This document shows, piece by piece, positions 50,193-60,456 of a stretch of DNA of 64,000 nt (positions are counted from its first letter, which is position 1; each line of letters begins with the position of its first letter). The translations under genes and the position numbers were made by a program. Below the pieces are notes generated by a model. It searched no databases. It was not told the DNA's origin and saw only the letters and a list, made by a program, of their open reading frames with translations. Origin of the DNA: an uncultured Holophagales bacterium (GTDB taxonomy: Bacteria; Acidobacteriota; Thermoanaerobaculia; Multivoradales; UBA5704); the NCBI GenBank assembly GCA_963842525.1, contig CAWJGT010000003.1:320001-384000 (forward strand). Reading direction: 5' to 3'.

Positions 50193-52070
50193 TCAGATGT
50201 CCTCCCTCTCGTCCGGAGGTGGGCCCTGCTGGTCGTCCTGGCTCGTGCCGTCGGCCGGCCGCGGCTCCAGGTGGGGCGGCACCGGCGGCGTGCCGTAGAA
50301 CTCGGAGGCCGAGCGCGATCCGGAGAAGCCCTTGCCGGGCTCGACGATGTCCCAGCGGACCATCATCGAGTGGTCCTCGTGGACCACGTTGTGGCAGTGC
50401 ATGACGTGGCGGCCGAGGAAGTCGCACCAGCGCATCACGACCTTGATCTCGTCGCCGGGCAGGAGCGTGGCCACGTCGCGGCGGGGTCCGCCCATGAAGC
50501 GCCGGATCGGCGGGTTGCCCGGCGTCCCTTCCAGGGCCTCGACGAACCTATGCTCCCCCTGCGCCGTGTCCTGCACCCAGCTCCGCAGGTAGGGGACGCC
50601 GTTGACCTCCAGGAGCAGGAACTCCGTGAAGTGGCTGTGGATGGGGTGCGCCCAGGTGTTTCCGGCGTTGCGGAAGGTCCAGATCTCGGCCGAGCCCTGC
50701 TCGATGCCGGCGTCGATCCGGTTCGGGTCGAAAACCTTGCCGTTGACCGTCCAGAGGCCGCCGTCGTAGTCGAAGACCCAGGTCCGCTCACGCCGGACGT
50801 CCGCCGGATCGATGCGCGGCAGGTCGCGCAGCCGGTCGGGGATGCGGCTCGGATCGGGCCCGGTCGCCTCGACCACCTGGAACTGGAGGATACCGTCTCC
50901 CGGGTCGAGGATCCGCCCGGACGGGCCTTTGCCGTTCGTCTGCTCGAGCCGGTTGAGGACCGTGACCGTGTCGCCCACCTTGTACTGCGAGAAGTCGATG
51001 ATCACGTCCACCCGCTGGGCCACGCTGAGGTAGATGCTCTGGGCGGTCACGGGCTCGGGCAGGAAGTTGCCGTCGCCGGTGATGATCGTCCACGGCTTCC
51101 CGGAGCTCAAGAAGAGCTGGTAGAAGCGGGACGGCCCGCCGTTCAGGATGCGGAAGCGGTACTTGCGGCGCTCGACCTGGAAGAACGGCTGGATGATGCG
51201 GTTGACCGTGTAGCGGTCGCCCAGGATGCCGTCGGTGTTGAACGGGTTCCAGCGCACCTGGCCGTTCTCGTCGAACATGATGTCGTGCAGGAGCAGGGGG
51301 ACGTCGTACTTGCCGCTGGGCAGCCGCCACGCCGCCGGGTTGGGATCGTTCTCGTTGCCCGAGTCCTGCTCGTCGAAGAGGAGATAGAAGCCCGCCAGGC
51401 CCGCGTAGACGTTGGCCGCCGTGAAGTCGAGGCGGTGGTCGTGGTACCAGAGGGTGGTGAGCTTCTCGCGCGGGTCGTGGCAGGCCGGGAAGTTGGCGTA
51501 GTGGTGGTCCCAGAACTCCCCGGTGTCGATCCAGTCCTGCGGGTTGCCGTCGCTCTCCGAGGCGGTGTGCCCGTTGTGGAGATGGCTGGTGGTCGACGGC
51601 AGCGCGAAGCTGACGCGGCTCACGCCGATCGGCGGCAGCGTGTTGTGCCGGCGCACCAGCACAGGCTCGCCATAACGCGCGTGATAGGTGGGGCCGGGCG
51701 TCGTGCCGTCGAACCCCCACGAATAGCTCCCGCTGCCATAGGGCGCGTCCGGGTGGTAGGTCCAGAGGAGCTCCTGCTCGTGGATCTCATAGAGCTTCCT
51801 GGGGAGGTGCTCGTCATAGAGCTGGTGAGCGCGCGGATCGGGCGGCGGATCGAGGCTCGCCACAGGCTGCTTGATCGGCGGCACGAACAGCGGCGCCACG
51901 AAAGGCCGCACCGGCGGGCTCGGCGTCGCCAGGTCCGGCGGCTCGCCGTCGGGCGGGCAAAGGAACTTGAGCATCTCCTTCGGGTCGGCGGCACGCGCAC
52001 CGTGGGCCGCCAGGAGGCCGCTGCCGCCGGCCGCGAGGCCGAGCTTGAGCACATCTCTTCTCTGGATCAT
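50193..52070 (-). CDS. Tat-exported multicopper oxidase (CotA/bilirubin oxidase-like)
   Basis: QRRDVLK; HLHNG, WYHDH, HPIHSH, HCHNVVHEDHSM. Confidence 0.93.
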   Translation of the reverse strand: MIQRRDVLKLGLAAGGSGLLAAHGARAADPKEMLKFLCPPDGEPPDLATPSPPVRPFVAPLFVPPIKQPVASLDPPPDPRAHQLYDEHLPRKLYEIHEQELLWTYHPDAPYGSGSYSWGFDGTTPGPTYHARYGEPVLVRRHNTLPPIGVSRVSFALPSTTSHLHNGHTASESDGNPQDWIDTGEFWDHHYANFPACHDPREKLTTLWYHDHRLDFTAANVYAGLAGFYLLFDEQDSGNENDPNPAAWRLPSGKYDVPLLLHDIMFDENGQVRWNPFNTDGILGDRYTVNRIIQPFFQVERRKYRFRILNGGPSRFYQLFLSSGKPWTIITGDGNFLPEPVTAQSIYLSVAQRVDVIIDFSQYKVGDTVTVLNRLEQTNGKGPSGRILDPGDGILQFQVVEATGPDPSRIPDRLRDLPRIDPADVRRERTWVFDYDGGLWTVNGKVFDPNRIDAGIEQGSAEIWTFRNAGNTWAHPIHSHFTEFLLLEVNGVPYLRSWVQDTAQGEHRFVEALEGTPGNPPIRRFMGGPRRDVATLLPGDEIKVVMRWCDFLGRHVMHCHNVVHEDHSMMVRWDIVEPGKGFSGSRSASEFYGTPPVPPHLEPRPADGTSQDDQQGPPPDEREDI

Positions 52071-52193
52071 CGATCTCTCCGAGCTGGCGAGAACAGGTGC
52101 GCCGACAGTAGCCGAGGCGCCGGGGTGCGTCAAACACCCCGCGGGTCTATTTCGGATCTAAGGAGGCCCTGCTGTCCTTGGAAGACCCACGCT

Positions 52194-52754
52194 TCACGCC
52201 TCGGGCCACAGCAGCCGGAAGACCAGGCCGGTCACCGCCGCGTAGATCACGGCGTCGAGGAGGCCGCGCAGCGAGTTGGACCAGGGGATGGCCTTCCAGA
52301 TCGAATCCTGGAGATAACCGAAGCCATACCCCAGGAAGGCGATGGTGCCGGTGATCTGGAGCACCGTCAGGCCGTCGGTGGTGAACGTGAGGGTGTGGCG
52401 CGCCACGTAGGCGGTGACGAAGCTCACGAGGAAGCAGAAGAGGAACCACTGGACGAGGTATTTCCCCATGGCGGGAGTGCCGTTGCGCAGGACGGTGATC
52501 ATGGCGACGGGGCCGTCCTCGTAGCGCTTCTGCATCGCGGGGTCCTTCATCTGGGACTGCTCGAGGCAGTAGGGGATGGTGTAGACGCCGGGGGACTTGG
52601 CCGCCGCGCGCAGCGCCTGGGCGACGGACGCCTCGTCGGCGAGCGCCTTGTAGTCGGCCCGGTGGTACTTGAGGACCATGTGGAGGATCGCGCTCACGAG
52701 CCATACTGCGACAGCCGAGACGACGACGGGCAGCCACAAGCTTCCGAAAGGCAT
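52194..52754 (-). CDS. Integral membrane protein
   Basis: About four hydrophobic segments; GAGGAG RBS. Confidence 0.75.
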   Translation of the reverse strand: MPFGSLWLPVVVSAVAVWLVSAILHMVLKYHRADYKALADEASVAQALRAAAKSPGVYTIPYCLEQSQMKDPAMQKRYEDGPVAMITVLRNGTPAMGKYLVQWFLFCFLVSFVTAYVARHTLTFTTDGLTVLQITGTIAFLGYGFGYLQDSIWKAIPWSNSLRGLLDAVIYAAVTGLVFRLLWPEA

Positions 52755-52835
52755 AATTTCCTCCTCTCTAGAGGTTCGGCCAGGGATTCTATACCAAAGC
52801 GTCAGCCAGCCCTCCCCCTGCTACAATCCACCCCG

Positions 52836-53831
52836 ATGAGCCAGCCCGTCCCGCTCTCCCGCCCCGCTCCCGCCCCGCCGGTCCCCGAACCCGCGCCCGA
52901 GGTGGAGGTGAGCGTGCTCGTGCCGGTGCTCGACGAGGCCGAGAGCGTGCGGGAGCTCGCGTCGCGGGTGGCCGCGGTGCTCGACGCGACAGGCCGAACG
53001 TTCGAGATCATCTTCGTCGACGACGGGTCGCGCGACGGCACGCCGCAGCGGGTGCGCGAGGCGCGGGAGGCCGACCCCCGGGTCAAGCTGGTGCGGCTGC
53101 GGCGCAACTTCGGCAAGGCCGCGGCCCTGTCCGCGGGCTTCGACGTGGCCCGCGGCAACATCCTCATCACCATGGACGGCGACCTCCAGGATGACCCGGA
53201 GGAGATCCCGCGGTTCCTGGAGGCGATGGAGACGCGCGATCTCGACCTGGTGTCGGGCTGGAAGCGCCAGCGCCGCGACCCCGTCTCGAAGCGCCTCCCC
53301 TCGCTGCTCTACAACTGGGTGACCCGCCAGCTCGCGCAGGTCGACCTTCACGATTTCAACTGCGGCTTCAAGGCCTACCGGCGGGAGGTGCTGGAGCAGA
53401 TCTCCGTCTATGGCGAGCTGCACCGCTACATCCCGGTGCTGGCCAGCCGGCGCGGCTTCACGGTGGGCGAGATCCCGGTCAACCACCACCCGCGGCGGCA
53501 CGGCAAGAGCAAGTATGGCTGGGACCGCTTGTACAAGGGGCTGCTGGACTTGATCACGGTCCTCTTCATCACGCGCTACACGCGCCGTCCCCTCCATCTG
53601 TTCGGCGCCTTCGGGCTGCTCTTCCTGATCGGCGGCTTCGGCATTAATCTCTACTTGGCCATCCTCTGGTTCAACGGCCAGTTCCTGTCCAACCGTCCCC
53701 TGCTCCTGCTGGGCGTCCTGCTGATGCTGCTGGGCATCCAGGTGCTGACCACGGGCCTGCTCGGCGAGATGATCACCTTCAAGAACTTCCGGCGCCCCGA
53801 CAGCTACTCGGTCAAAGAGCGGCTGGATTGA
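52836..53831 (+). CDS. Glycosyltransferase family 2 (ArnC/DPM1-like)
   Basis: VDDGSRD, RNFGK, MDGDLQDDP; C-terminal TM helices. Confidence 0.92.
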   Translation: MSQPVPLSRPAPAPPVPEPAPEVEVSVLVPVLDEAESVRELASRVAAVLDATGRTFEIIFVDDGSRDGTPQRVREAREADPRVKLVRLRRNFGKAAALSAGFDVARGNILITMDGDLQDDPEEIPRFLEAMETRDLDLVSGWKRQRRDPVSKRLPSLLYNWVTRQLAQVDLHDFNCGFKAYRREVLEQISVYGELHRYIPVLASRRGFTVGEIPVNHHPRRHGKSKYGWDRLYKGLLDLITVLFITRYTRRPLHLFGAFGLLFLIGGFGINLYLAILWFNGQFLSNRPLLLLGVLLMLLGIQVLTTGLLGEMITFKNFRRPDSYSVKERLD

Positions 53832-55049
53832 ACCTCCTCTTCCTGACCCAGACCTATCCTCGTTTTCCGGGGGACCTGTCGGGTCCCTTCATCCGGGACC
53901 TCGCGCTCGGATTGGCGCGGCAAGGGGACCGGGTGACCGTGCTGGCGCCCCATGCCGAGGGGCTGGCCGGGGGGTGGACGGAGGAAGGGGGAGGCGTCGA
54001 GGTCGTCACCTTCCGCTATGCGCCGGAGCGCTCGGAGGTCCTCGGCTACGGCCGGACGCTCGAAGCGGACGAGAAGGTCCGGTCGCGCGCCGCCCTGGTG
54101 ACGCCGCTCTTCCTGCTCGGCCTGCGGCGGGCCGTCCGCCGCATGGTCCGCGGCCGGCGGTTCGACCTGGTCCATGCCCACTGGATCGTTCCCAATGGGG
54201 TCGTGGCCGCCGCGGCCTGCGGCAGGGTGCCGCTCGCCATCGGGCTCCACGGCAGCGACGTGTTCCTGGCGGAGAAGCCGGGAGTACGCCGCCTCGCCGG
54301 CTGGGCCCTGTCCCGCGCGCGGCTGCTCACCGGCTGCTCGCCCGAGCTGGTCGACCGGGTGCGGGCTCTGGGTTTCCCGGCGGAGCGCTCGCGGGTGATC
54401 CCCTACGGCGTGGACGTATCGACCTTCTCGCCGGATCGGCAGCGGCGGCGGATCTGGCGCGAGCGGCTCGGCATCCCGGACGCGGCGCCGCTCCTCCTCG
54501 GCGTCGGCCGAATGGCGACCAAGAAGGGGTTCCAGGTGCTTTTGGAAACGCTGCCGGATCTCCTGTCCGCCGCGCCGGAGGCGCACGTGGTGCTGGCCGG
54601 CGGGGGCGACCTGTGGGACCGGTTCGCGGCGGTCGCTGCGCGGTGGCCCGGCCGGGTCCATCTCCCCGGCCCGGTGCTGCGCGACACCCTGCCGGACCTC
54701 TTCCGCGCCGCCGACCTGTTCGTCCTGCCGGCGGTGCATGACGCCAAGGGGAACGTGGATGGCCTCCCCAACGTCATCCTGGAGGCCATGGCGAGCGGCC
54801 TGCCGGTGGTGGCCTCGGGGATCTCCGGCATCCCGCTGGCGGTGGAGGACGGCGCGACCGGCCTGCTGGTGCCGGAGCGCGACCCGGCGGGCCTGCTCCG
54901 CGCCCTCTCCAGGCTGCTCGCGGACCGCGACCTGGCGCGCGGGATGGGAGAAAGGGGCCGGCGGAAGGCGGAGACGGGAGCTGACCTGGGACGCGGTGGC
55001 GGCGCGCTACCGGGAGGGGTACGAGGCGGCCTTGTCCATGCCGGTCTGA
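53828..55049 (+). CDS. Glycosyltransferase family 4 (frameshift near 54975)
   Basis: HAHW, HGSD, DGLPNVILEAMASGLPVV. Confidence 0.88.
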
Positions 55050-55136
55050 TTCCATATACTTCAAGCACTTCTTCAGCCTTTGGGGCTGCACGAGAGGACG
55101 ATTCTTTTCCTTCTTTCCGATATCGAGGCCCATCTC

Positions 55137-55478
55137 ATGGCCAGCAAGAAGAGCGAGATCGATCGTTCCGGCAAGACCAAGGCAGACCTCGTCGACGTGG
55201 TCTACGACCGCCACGGCGGGCTCACCAAGGACGAGGCGGCCGAGGTCGTCGACGCGATCTTCAAGACCGTGAAGAGGTCGCTGGGTCGCGGCCGGACGGT
55301 CCGCATCAAGAACTTCGGCACCTTCGAGATCACCGACCGGCCCGGCCGGATCGGGGTCAATCCGGTCAACGGGGAGAGGATCTTCATCCGGCCGCACAAG
55401 GGCCTGAGCTTTCGGCCCGCCCGCCGTCTGAAGGACGAGGTGACCCCGTCTCGCCCTGCGCCGCGGGGGCGCGAGTAA
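55137..55478 (+). CDS. Integration host factor alpha / HU family protein
   Basis: TKADLV, KNFGTF, GVNPVNGE; ihfA-merR-tRNA-Pro synteny. Confidence 0.88.
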   Translation: MASKKSEIDRSGKTKADLVDVVYDRHGGLTKDEAAEVVDAIFKTVKRSLGRGRTVRIKNFGTFEITDRPGRIGVNPVNGERIFIRPHKGLSFRPARRLKDEVTPSRPAPRGRE

Positions 55479-55484
55479 GTCCGC

Positions 55485-55994
55485 ATGGTGGGCAAGGCCC
55501 GGGTCCAGAAGCGGCTCTACTACAAGATCGGGGAGGCCTGCAAGGCGCTCGGCATCCAGCCGTACGTGCTGCGGTACTGGGAGACCGAGTTCCCCGCCCT
55601 CGCCCCGAGCAAGAGCCGCTCGGGGCAGCGCGTCTACAGCGAGAAGGAGCTGGAGATCATCCGGCGGATCAAGGAGCTCCTCTACGACGAGGGCTACACG
55701 ATCGCCGGGGCCAAGAAGAAGCTGGAGACCGAGCTCGCCAGCGGTGCCCTGGAGGAGACACGGGACGGTGGGCCTGAGCCAGCCGAGGAGGCGCCACCCC
55801 CGGCTCCGCCGGCCGCCGCTCGGACCAGGTCCCGCAAGGCCGTGCCGGATGAGCCGGGTGATCCAAGGCAGGCGCCGGAGCCCGCGGCGCTTGACACGGA
55901 CGCCGCCGAGCGGATACAAAGTCTGCGCTCGGGGATTGAAAAGGCCCTTCGGGAAGCCCGCGAGATAATCGCCCTCCTCGATTCCAACCGCTGA
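55485..55994 (+). CDS. MerR family HTH regulator
   Basis: YKIGEA..YVLRYWETEF..GQRVY..LLYDEGYTIAGA. Confidence 0.9.
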   Translation: MVGKARVQKRLYYKIGEACKALGIQPYVLRYWETEFPALAPSKSRSGQRVYSEKELEIIRRIKELLYDEGYTIAGAKKKLETELASGALEETRDGGPEPAEEAPPPAPPAAARTRSRKAVPDEPGDPRQAPEPAALDTDAAERIQSLRSGIEKALREAREIIALLDSNR

Positions 55995-56009
55995 GAAACA
56001 CCTTCCGGT

Positions 56010-56086
56010 CGGGACGTGGCGCAGCCTGGTAGCGTACCTGAATGGGGTTCAGGGGGTCCCGGGTTCAAATCCCGGCGTCCCGACCA
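56010..56086 (+). tRNA. tRNA-Pro(GGG)
   Basis: CGGGACG acceptor stem, anticodon arm cctga-atGGGgt-tcagg, GGTTCAAATCC, CCA end. Confidence 0.97.
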
Positions 56087-56197
56087 ATATTTCCCTTGTA
56101 AACCCCTGATTTCAAACAACTTAGATGGGCCACTGGTCTCTGTTTGCATCTGCGACAAAGCTCCTTTCTGAGGGGGTCGTACGAAAGTCGTACGAAA

Positions 56198-56497
56198 TCA
56201 ATACAGAATTTTGTGCCTCTCGATCGTCCTGGTCATGGTCGTCCGCTCGCGCCAGTCGAGGTAACCACAGAGAGGGTAGCGCCGGGGGGCGGTTTTTCGC
56301 CCTGCTTTGCGGTAGGGTGGGCCGTCGCCTCGCTCAGCCCAGTCTTCGAGGGTTCGGACGGATACCTGCTCCAGGTGCGCCAGCTCGCGCGAGGTGAGGT
56401 CTCGGTAGTCGAAGATCGCGTCCAGGCACTGGCGCCGCGGTAGGCCCTCCGCCAGCCGCCGCAGCAGCTCGTTGAGGCCGGGTCGAAGCTCAGTCAA
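56198..56497 (-). CDS. Excisionase/AlpA-like HTH protein
   Basis: LTSRELAHLEQVSVRTLEDWAERGDGPPY; GGAGGG RBS before TTG. Confidence 0.7.
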   Translation of the reverse strand: MTELRPGLNELLRRLAEGLPRRQCLDAIFDYRDLTSRELAHLEQVSVRTLEDWAERGDGPPYRKAGRKTAPRRYPLCGYLDWRERTTMTRTIERHKILY

Positions 56498-56879
56498 GAT
56501 CTGGCCCTCCTTCACAGCGGCGGCGCTCGAGGATTCTGTAGATGCACTTGGGCGTGATCGGCCCCTTGGGCCGGATAAAAACGGGCTTGGCGGAGGCCCA
56601 GAGGCGACGCTCTGAGAGCCAGGCGAGGAGCCGGCCGCCGAGGTCGGCTGGCAGCTCGGCATGCCAGGTGACGCCGTTGCGTTGGACGGTGACCCAGAGG
56701 ATGCCCCGAGCCATGGTGATCGCCGTGGCTTGCAGTCTGGCGATTTCCCCCGCGCTCAACCCTGCGGCGGCCAGAGCCATGATGGCGCCATCGCGCAGCC
56801 CCACGGGCCAGCCGGCCCGCAGGCGGGCCGGATCGACCCCGGGAAGAAGGATGCGCGCCTGCTCGGGGCTCAGGATCAT
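56490..56879 (-). pseudogene. Truncated tyrosine recombinase-like fragment
   Basis: RDGAIMAL..AGLSAGEIARL resembles box I with catalytic Arg replaced by Ser; no HxxR/Y box. Confidence 0.55.
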
Positions 56880-57592
56880 CAGAAGGGATCCGGGCCGGCG
56901 GGGACCAGAGTCACTCGGTTGCGGAAGGAGGTGGTGGAGCCGGACCAGGCCAGCTCGACGGTGCCGGTCTGCCCGTGCCGGTGCTTTGCCACGATCACTT
57001 CCGCCAGTCCTCGCAGGGCCTCGTTGTCGGGTTCGTAGACCTCGGGCCGGTGGATGAAGGCGACCTGGTCGGCTGCCTGCTCGATGGCACCGGATTCAGC
57101 CAGGTCGGCGAGCTGCGGGCGCGGGTCGCTCCGGCGCGTCAGCTCGCGGTTGAGCTGGGAGAGGACGAGCACCACCACGCCCAGCTCGCCGGCCAGCTCT
57201 TTGAGGCGGCGGGTGATGTGGGCGATCTCCAGCCGGCGCTGCTCGAAACGAATGCCGGTGTTGACGAGCTGAAGGTAGTCCACGACCAGGAGGGCGAGGT
57301 CGGGATGGCGGGCTTTGAGCCACCAAGCCCTTGCTTCGAGGTCGCGCAGGACGAGCCCTGGAGTGTCGTCGAGGTAGAGGGGGGCGGCGAGCATGCGGCG
57401 GGTTGCTGCGTAGAGGTCTTGCCATTGCCGGCCGGAGAGGTGGCCGGCTCTCATGCGATGGCGCTCGAGGAACCAGTCGCGGGGCTCCAGGCGGGTGCGG
57501 ACCTGGGCGATGCGCATGGGCTCCAGGAGGAGGGCGCCGAGGACGGCTTTTTCGGCTTCTTCGCTGTGGGGCAGGACGAGCTTGCGTTTCAT
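56879..57592 (-). CDS. DnaB-like helicase with large internal deletion
   Basis: LPHSEEAEKAVLG N-terminus fused directly to VDYLQL, LSQLNR, ESGAIEQ, AKHRHG; no Walker A. Confidence 0.75.
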   Translation of the reverse strand: MKRKLVLPHSEEAEKAVLGALLLEPMRIAQVRTRLEPRDWFLERHRMRAGHLSGRQWQDLYAATRRMLAAPLYLDDTPGLVLRDLEARAWWLKARHPDLALLVVDYLQLVNTGIRFEQRRLEIAHITRRLKELAGELGVVVLVLSQLNRELTRRSDPRPQLADLAESGAIEQAADQVAFIHRPEVYEPDNEALRGLAEVIVAKHRHGQTGTVELAWSGSTTSFRNRVTLVPAGPDPF

Positions 57593-58473
57593 CGGGTTGC
57601 CTTTCTCAGGCGAACGTCGGTGCCGCCGGTGCGGACGTGGAGGCCGGAGAGCCAGCGCGAGAGCAGGGACGGGGGCATGGCGGCGTTGGGGTTGCGCAGG
57701 AGCTCGGGAAGAACCTGGCTGGTGATGACGGTGGGCAGACAGCTTTCGTCGCGGGTGCGTGTGATGAGGATCAGCCGCTCCATGTACCAGTCGGCGGCAG
57801 CGCCGGAGAGGGGCTCGTCGAGGACGAGCAGCGGGGTGACGAGGAGGGGGGCGATGACCTCTTCGCTGACGATGAGGTCGCGCTGGATGCGCCTCGCCAG
57901 CTCGGGGCCGGAGATCCAGCGTCCGCGCCGGCCGGTGCGCAGGTGCTCGGCGAGGAGGATGGTGGCGATGCCGGTCTTGCCGGTGCCGGTGGGACCCCAC
58001 ATGGCAACCCAGCGGGGGGTGCCGGTCCAGTGCTCCAAGGCTTGGGGCCAGGGGCGCTCGAAGTGGGTGGACCAGCTCTCGCGGGTGAGGCCGCGCAGGA
58101 GCTTGGGGATGCCGGCGTCGGCTTCGGTGAAGGCGGTCGCGGCTCTCTGGGCGTCGTGGCAGGTGTGGCAGAGGAGGTCGGCGGGAATGGCGCCGAAAGC
58201 GACCTGGTCTTCGTGGCACTGACGGCAGATCCAGGGCCGGCCCCCGAACGAGCCCTCTCCCCCTGGCCCCCTCTCCCGTGCGGCCGCCGGTCCTCCGCCC
58301 CGAACGGGAGAGGGGGAAGGCAAACCCTCACCCCCCTGGCCCCCCTCTCCCATCCGCACTCCCTCCGCCCGGGCGAGGGGGGAATGGGTCCTCACCCCCT
58401 GGCCCCCTCTCCCATCTTCCGACCGCCCCCCGCCGGGAGAGGGGGGACGCATGCCGATCGTTTCGTGGGTCAT
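57589..58473 (-). CDS. DnaC/IstB-like ATPase with a REP-derived in-frame N-terminal insert
   Basis: GPTGTGKT, LLVLDE, TVITS; two CxxC motifs. Confidence 0.75.
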   Translation of the reverse strand: MTHETIGMRPPSPGGGRSEDGRGGQGVRTHSPLARAEGVRMGEGGQGGEGLPSPSPVRGGGPAAARERGPGGEGSFGGRPWICRQCHEDQVAFGAIPADLLCHTCHDAQRAATAFTEADAGIPKLLRGLTRESWSTHFERPWPQALEHWTGTPRWVAMWGPTGTGKTGIATILLAEHLRTGRRGRWISGPELARRIQRDLIVSEEVIAPLLVTPLLVLDEPLSGAAADWYMERLILITRTRDESCLPTVITSQVLPELLRNPNAAMPPSLLSRWLSGLHVRTGGTDVRLRKATR

Positions 58474-59331
58474 GACTCCTCCGTGTTGTTGATGATTTCG
58501 AGGGCTTGCTGCCAGCGGGTCTCGTCGGCACCTGCGGCTCTCAGGAGCTCGCGGCCGGCCCGGGCATCCATCGGCCTGGCCGGCTCGCGCCGGACGGCTT
58601 GCTCCATGACCACGCGGTGGATGTAGGCGGCGGGCTCGCGCTTGTTGGCGAGGCCGGCCTGGACCAGCCGGCCCAGCAGGACGAGGAGAGGCTCGACTCC
58701 ACCAAGGGTCTTCGACCAGACGCCGATCTGGCCAGGGCTCGGCAGCGGGACGCCCGCTTCGGCGAGCAGAAAATTCACTCGAGAGACCGCGGATTGCGGT
58801 CCCGACAGGGGCCGGAGACCGAAGGTCTCCTGATTTTTTTCTTTCTGTTTTTCTTCTTCTGGGGGGTTAGGGGGGATATGGGGGTTTGGGGGAAAAGGGG
58901 GGACCGGGGGGAGAGAAAACTGGCAGTCGGCTTCCAGTTTTTCGCCAGAAAACTGGCTCGGGCTTCCAGTTTCTCGCCGGAAAACTGGCAGTCGGCTTCC
59001 AGTTTCTTCGGAAAACTGGCAGCGGGCTTCCTCTTTTGGTCGGAAAACTGGCAGTCGGCTTCCAGTTTTCCTTCCCGAGCAGAAGGCGGTAGGTGGAAAG
59101 CTTGCCGCGGCCGTGGTGGCTGGTGATGGCGAGCTCGCCGGCGGTGACCAGCTCCGCAAGGATCTGCCGGACGCGGCGATTGCCGAGGCGGGCGCGGCGC
59201 TGCAGCGTAGCCTGGTCGATGGTCCACTCGCCGTTGTGGTCGGAGTAGCTGGCGACGGCGACGAGGACGATGAGGTGGGACCCGCTCTGGCGGGAGTGCT
59301 CCCAGACGGCGGCGAGGTGCTCAAGCCCCAA
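58470..59331 (-). CDS. Phage replication initiator-like HTH protein (frameshifted)
   Basis: N-terminal HTH (LVAVASYSD..QATL..RRVRQILAEL..GEL), internal iterons, PPxPP linker. Confidence 0.7.
58916..59070. repeat. Five iteron-like palindromic repeats (AAAACTGG-N9-CCAGTTT) next to a T-rich tract
   Basis: gaaaactggcagtcggcttccagttt and variants at about 30-33 bp spacing; T-rich 58830-58860. Confidence 0.85.
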
Positions 59332-59986
59332 AGGTGGCCCCCAGCTTGGAGAGAGCGCTCCGGAGGACGGGACGCGGGTCGTAGGCGGCGGCTGGATCGG
59401 CCCAGAGGCGCCACTCGGTGTGGCCCTTGAGACAGCTCACGAGGCGGCCTGCGTGGAAGGCTTCGAGCAGCTCGCGGCGGTACGCTTCGTCGTCGCAGGC
59501 GGCGAACGATGGGGCGAGCGGCGACGAGGCCCCCGGCGAGATGTCCATCGCGCCGGGTGCCTCGCGCGCCGCGACGAAGCGGATGGCGATGCCTTGCAGG
59601 GGCGCGGCGGCTTGATGTGCCGGCGCGGTGCGTTGGGGCGAGCTGCTGGCTGGCGAGGTCAGGCGCCAGAGCCAGGAGGCGGAGGCCGGGGTGTCGTCGT
59701 CCGCTGCGAAGCGCTGGCTCTCGATCGCGACGCCTTCTTCGCGCAGGTCGCGCAGGCGGCGGTCCCCGGCGGCTCCCCCGGCCCAGGGCTCTCGCAGGAC
59801 CCAGGTGGGCACCCAGCCCGCAGGAGCGAGATGCCGGCCGACTTTCCAATGGTAGGAGCGCCGGCTTGTCTCGACGAGGAGGTTGTATACGCGGGCGGCC
59901 GTGCCGGTGAGGGAACGGCCGCCTGGGAGCGTGGCCTCGTCGGCGAGGTGCCATCCGGGCGGGAGGGCGGCTTGGTGGTGGGTCAT
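59321..59986 (-). CDS. Hypothetical phage-like protein
   Basis: ATG preceded by GAGGT supplied by a REP copy; GDRRLRDLR motif. Confidence 0.55.
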   Translation of the reverse strand: MTHHQAALPPGWHLADEATLPGGRSLTGTAARVYNLLVETSRRSYHWKVGRHLAPAGWVPTWVLREPWAGGAAGDRRLRDLREEGVAIESQRFAADDDTPASASWLWRLTSPASSSPQRTAPAHQAAAPLQGIAIRFVAAREAPGAMDISPGASSPLAPSFAACDDEAYRRELLEAFHAGRLVSCLKGHTEWRLWADPAAAYDPRPVLRSALSKLGATFGA

Positions 59987-60456
59987 GACCTCACCCCCCT
60001 GGCCCCCTCTCCCATCTCCCACCCGCCCTTCCCCGGGAGAGGGGGAACAAGCGCCCGAAAGGACAGCAGGGACAGCAAGGACGGCAGGGACACGGACAAA
60101 CACGGACGGACACGGACTGGCACAAACGGACGGAGGCCTCGCCCGATCATGCGGTGGCTCCTGCGGCGGCAGCCACAGCGGATTCGAAGGCTTCAGCTTC
60201 AGCGAGGCGCTGCTCCCAGGTGGCTCGCCGTTGCTTGTCGAGTTCCTCGACGACTTGAGGTAGAAGGGCTGACAGATGCGGTCCGGGGTGTACTGGACCA
60301 GGGCGCAGTGCATGGTCTCGGCGCCGGCGAGGATGCCGAGCTGGCCCTGGTAGTGCGGGCACCAGTCCTTCGCGCAGAAGTAGAGGACTCCAGAACCTTC
60401 GACGTGGCGGGCTTCGGCGATGGCTTCGCCGTGGCGGAGGGGGAGGTGGATCAGGT

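Noticed and set aside
298-55049. Programmed frameshifting or mass pseudogenisation
   Set aside because: Single-base indels affect many unrelated conserved genes (OPT, hcrB, mgtE, cls, GT4) with no shared slippery motif; assembly error is simpler
58916-59070. Mini-CRISPR
   Set aside because: Linkers are only a few bases and the repeats lie inside an initiator-like gene, fitting iterons
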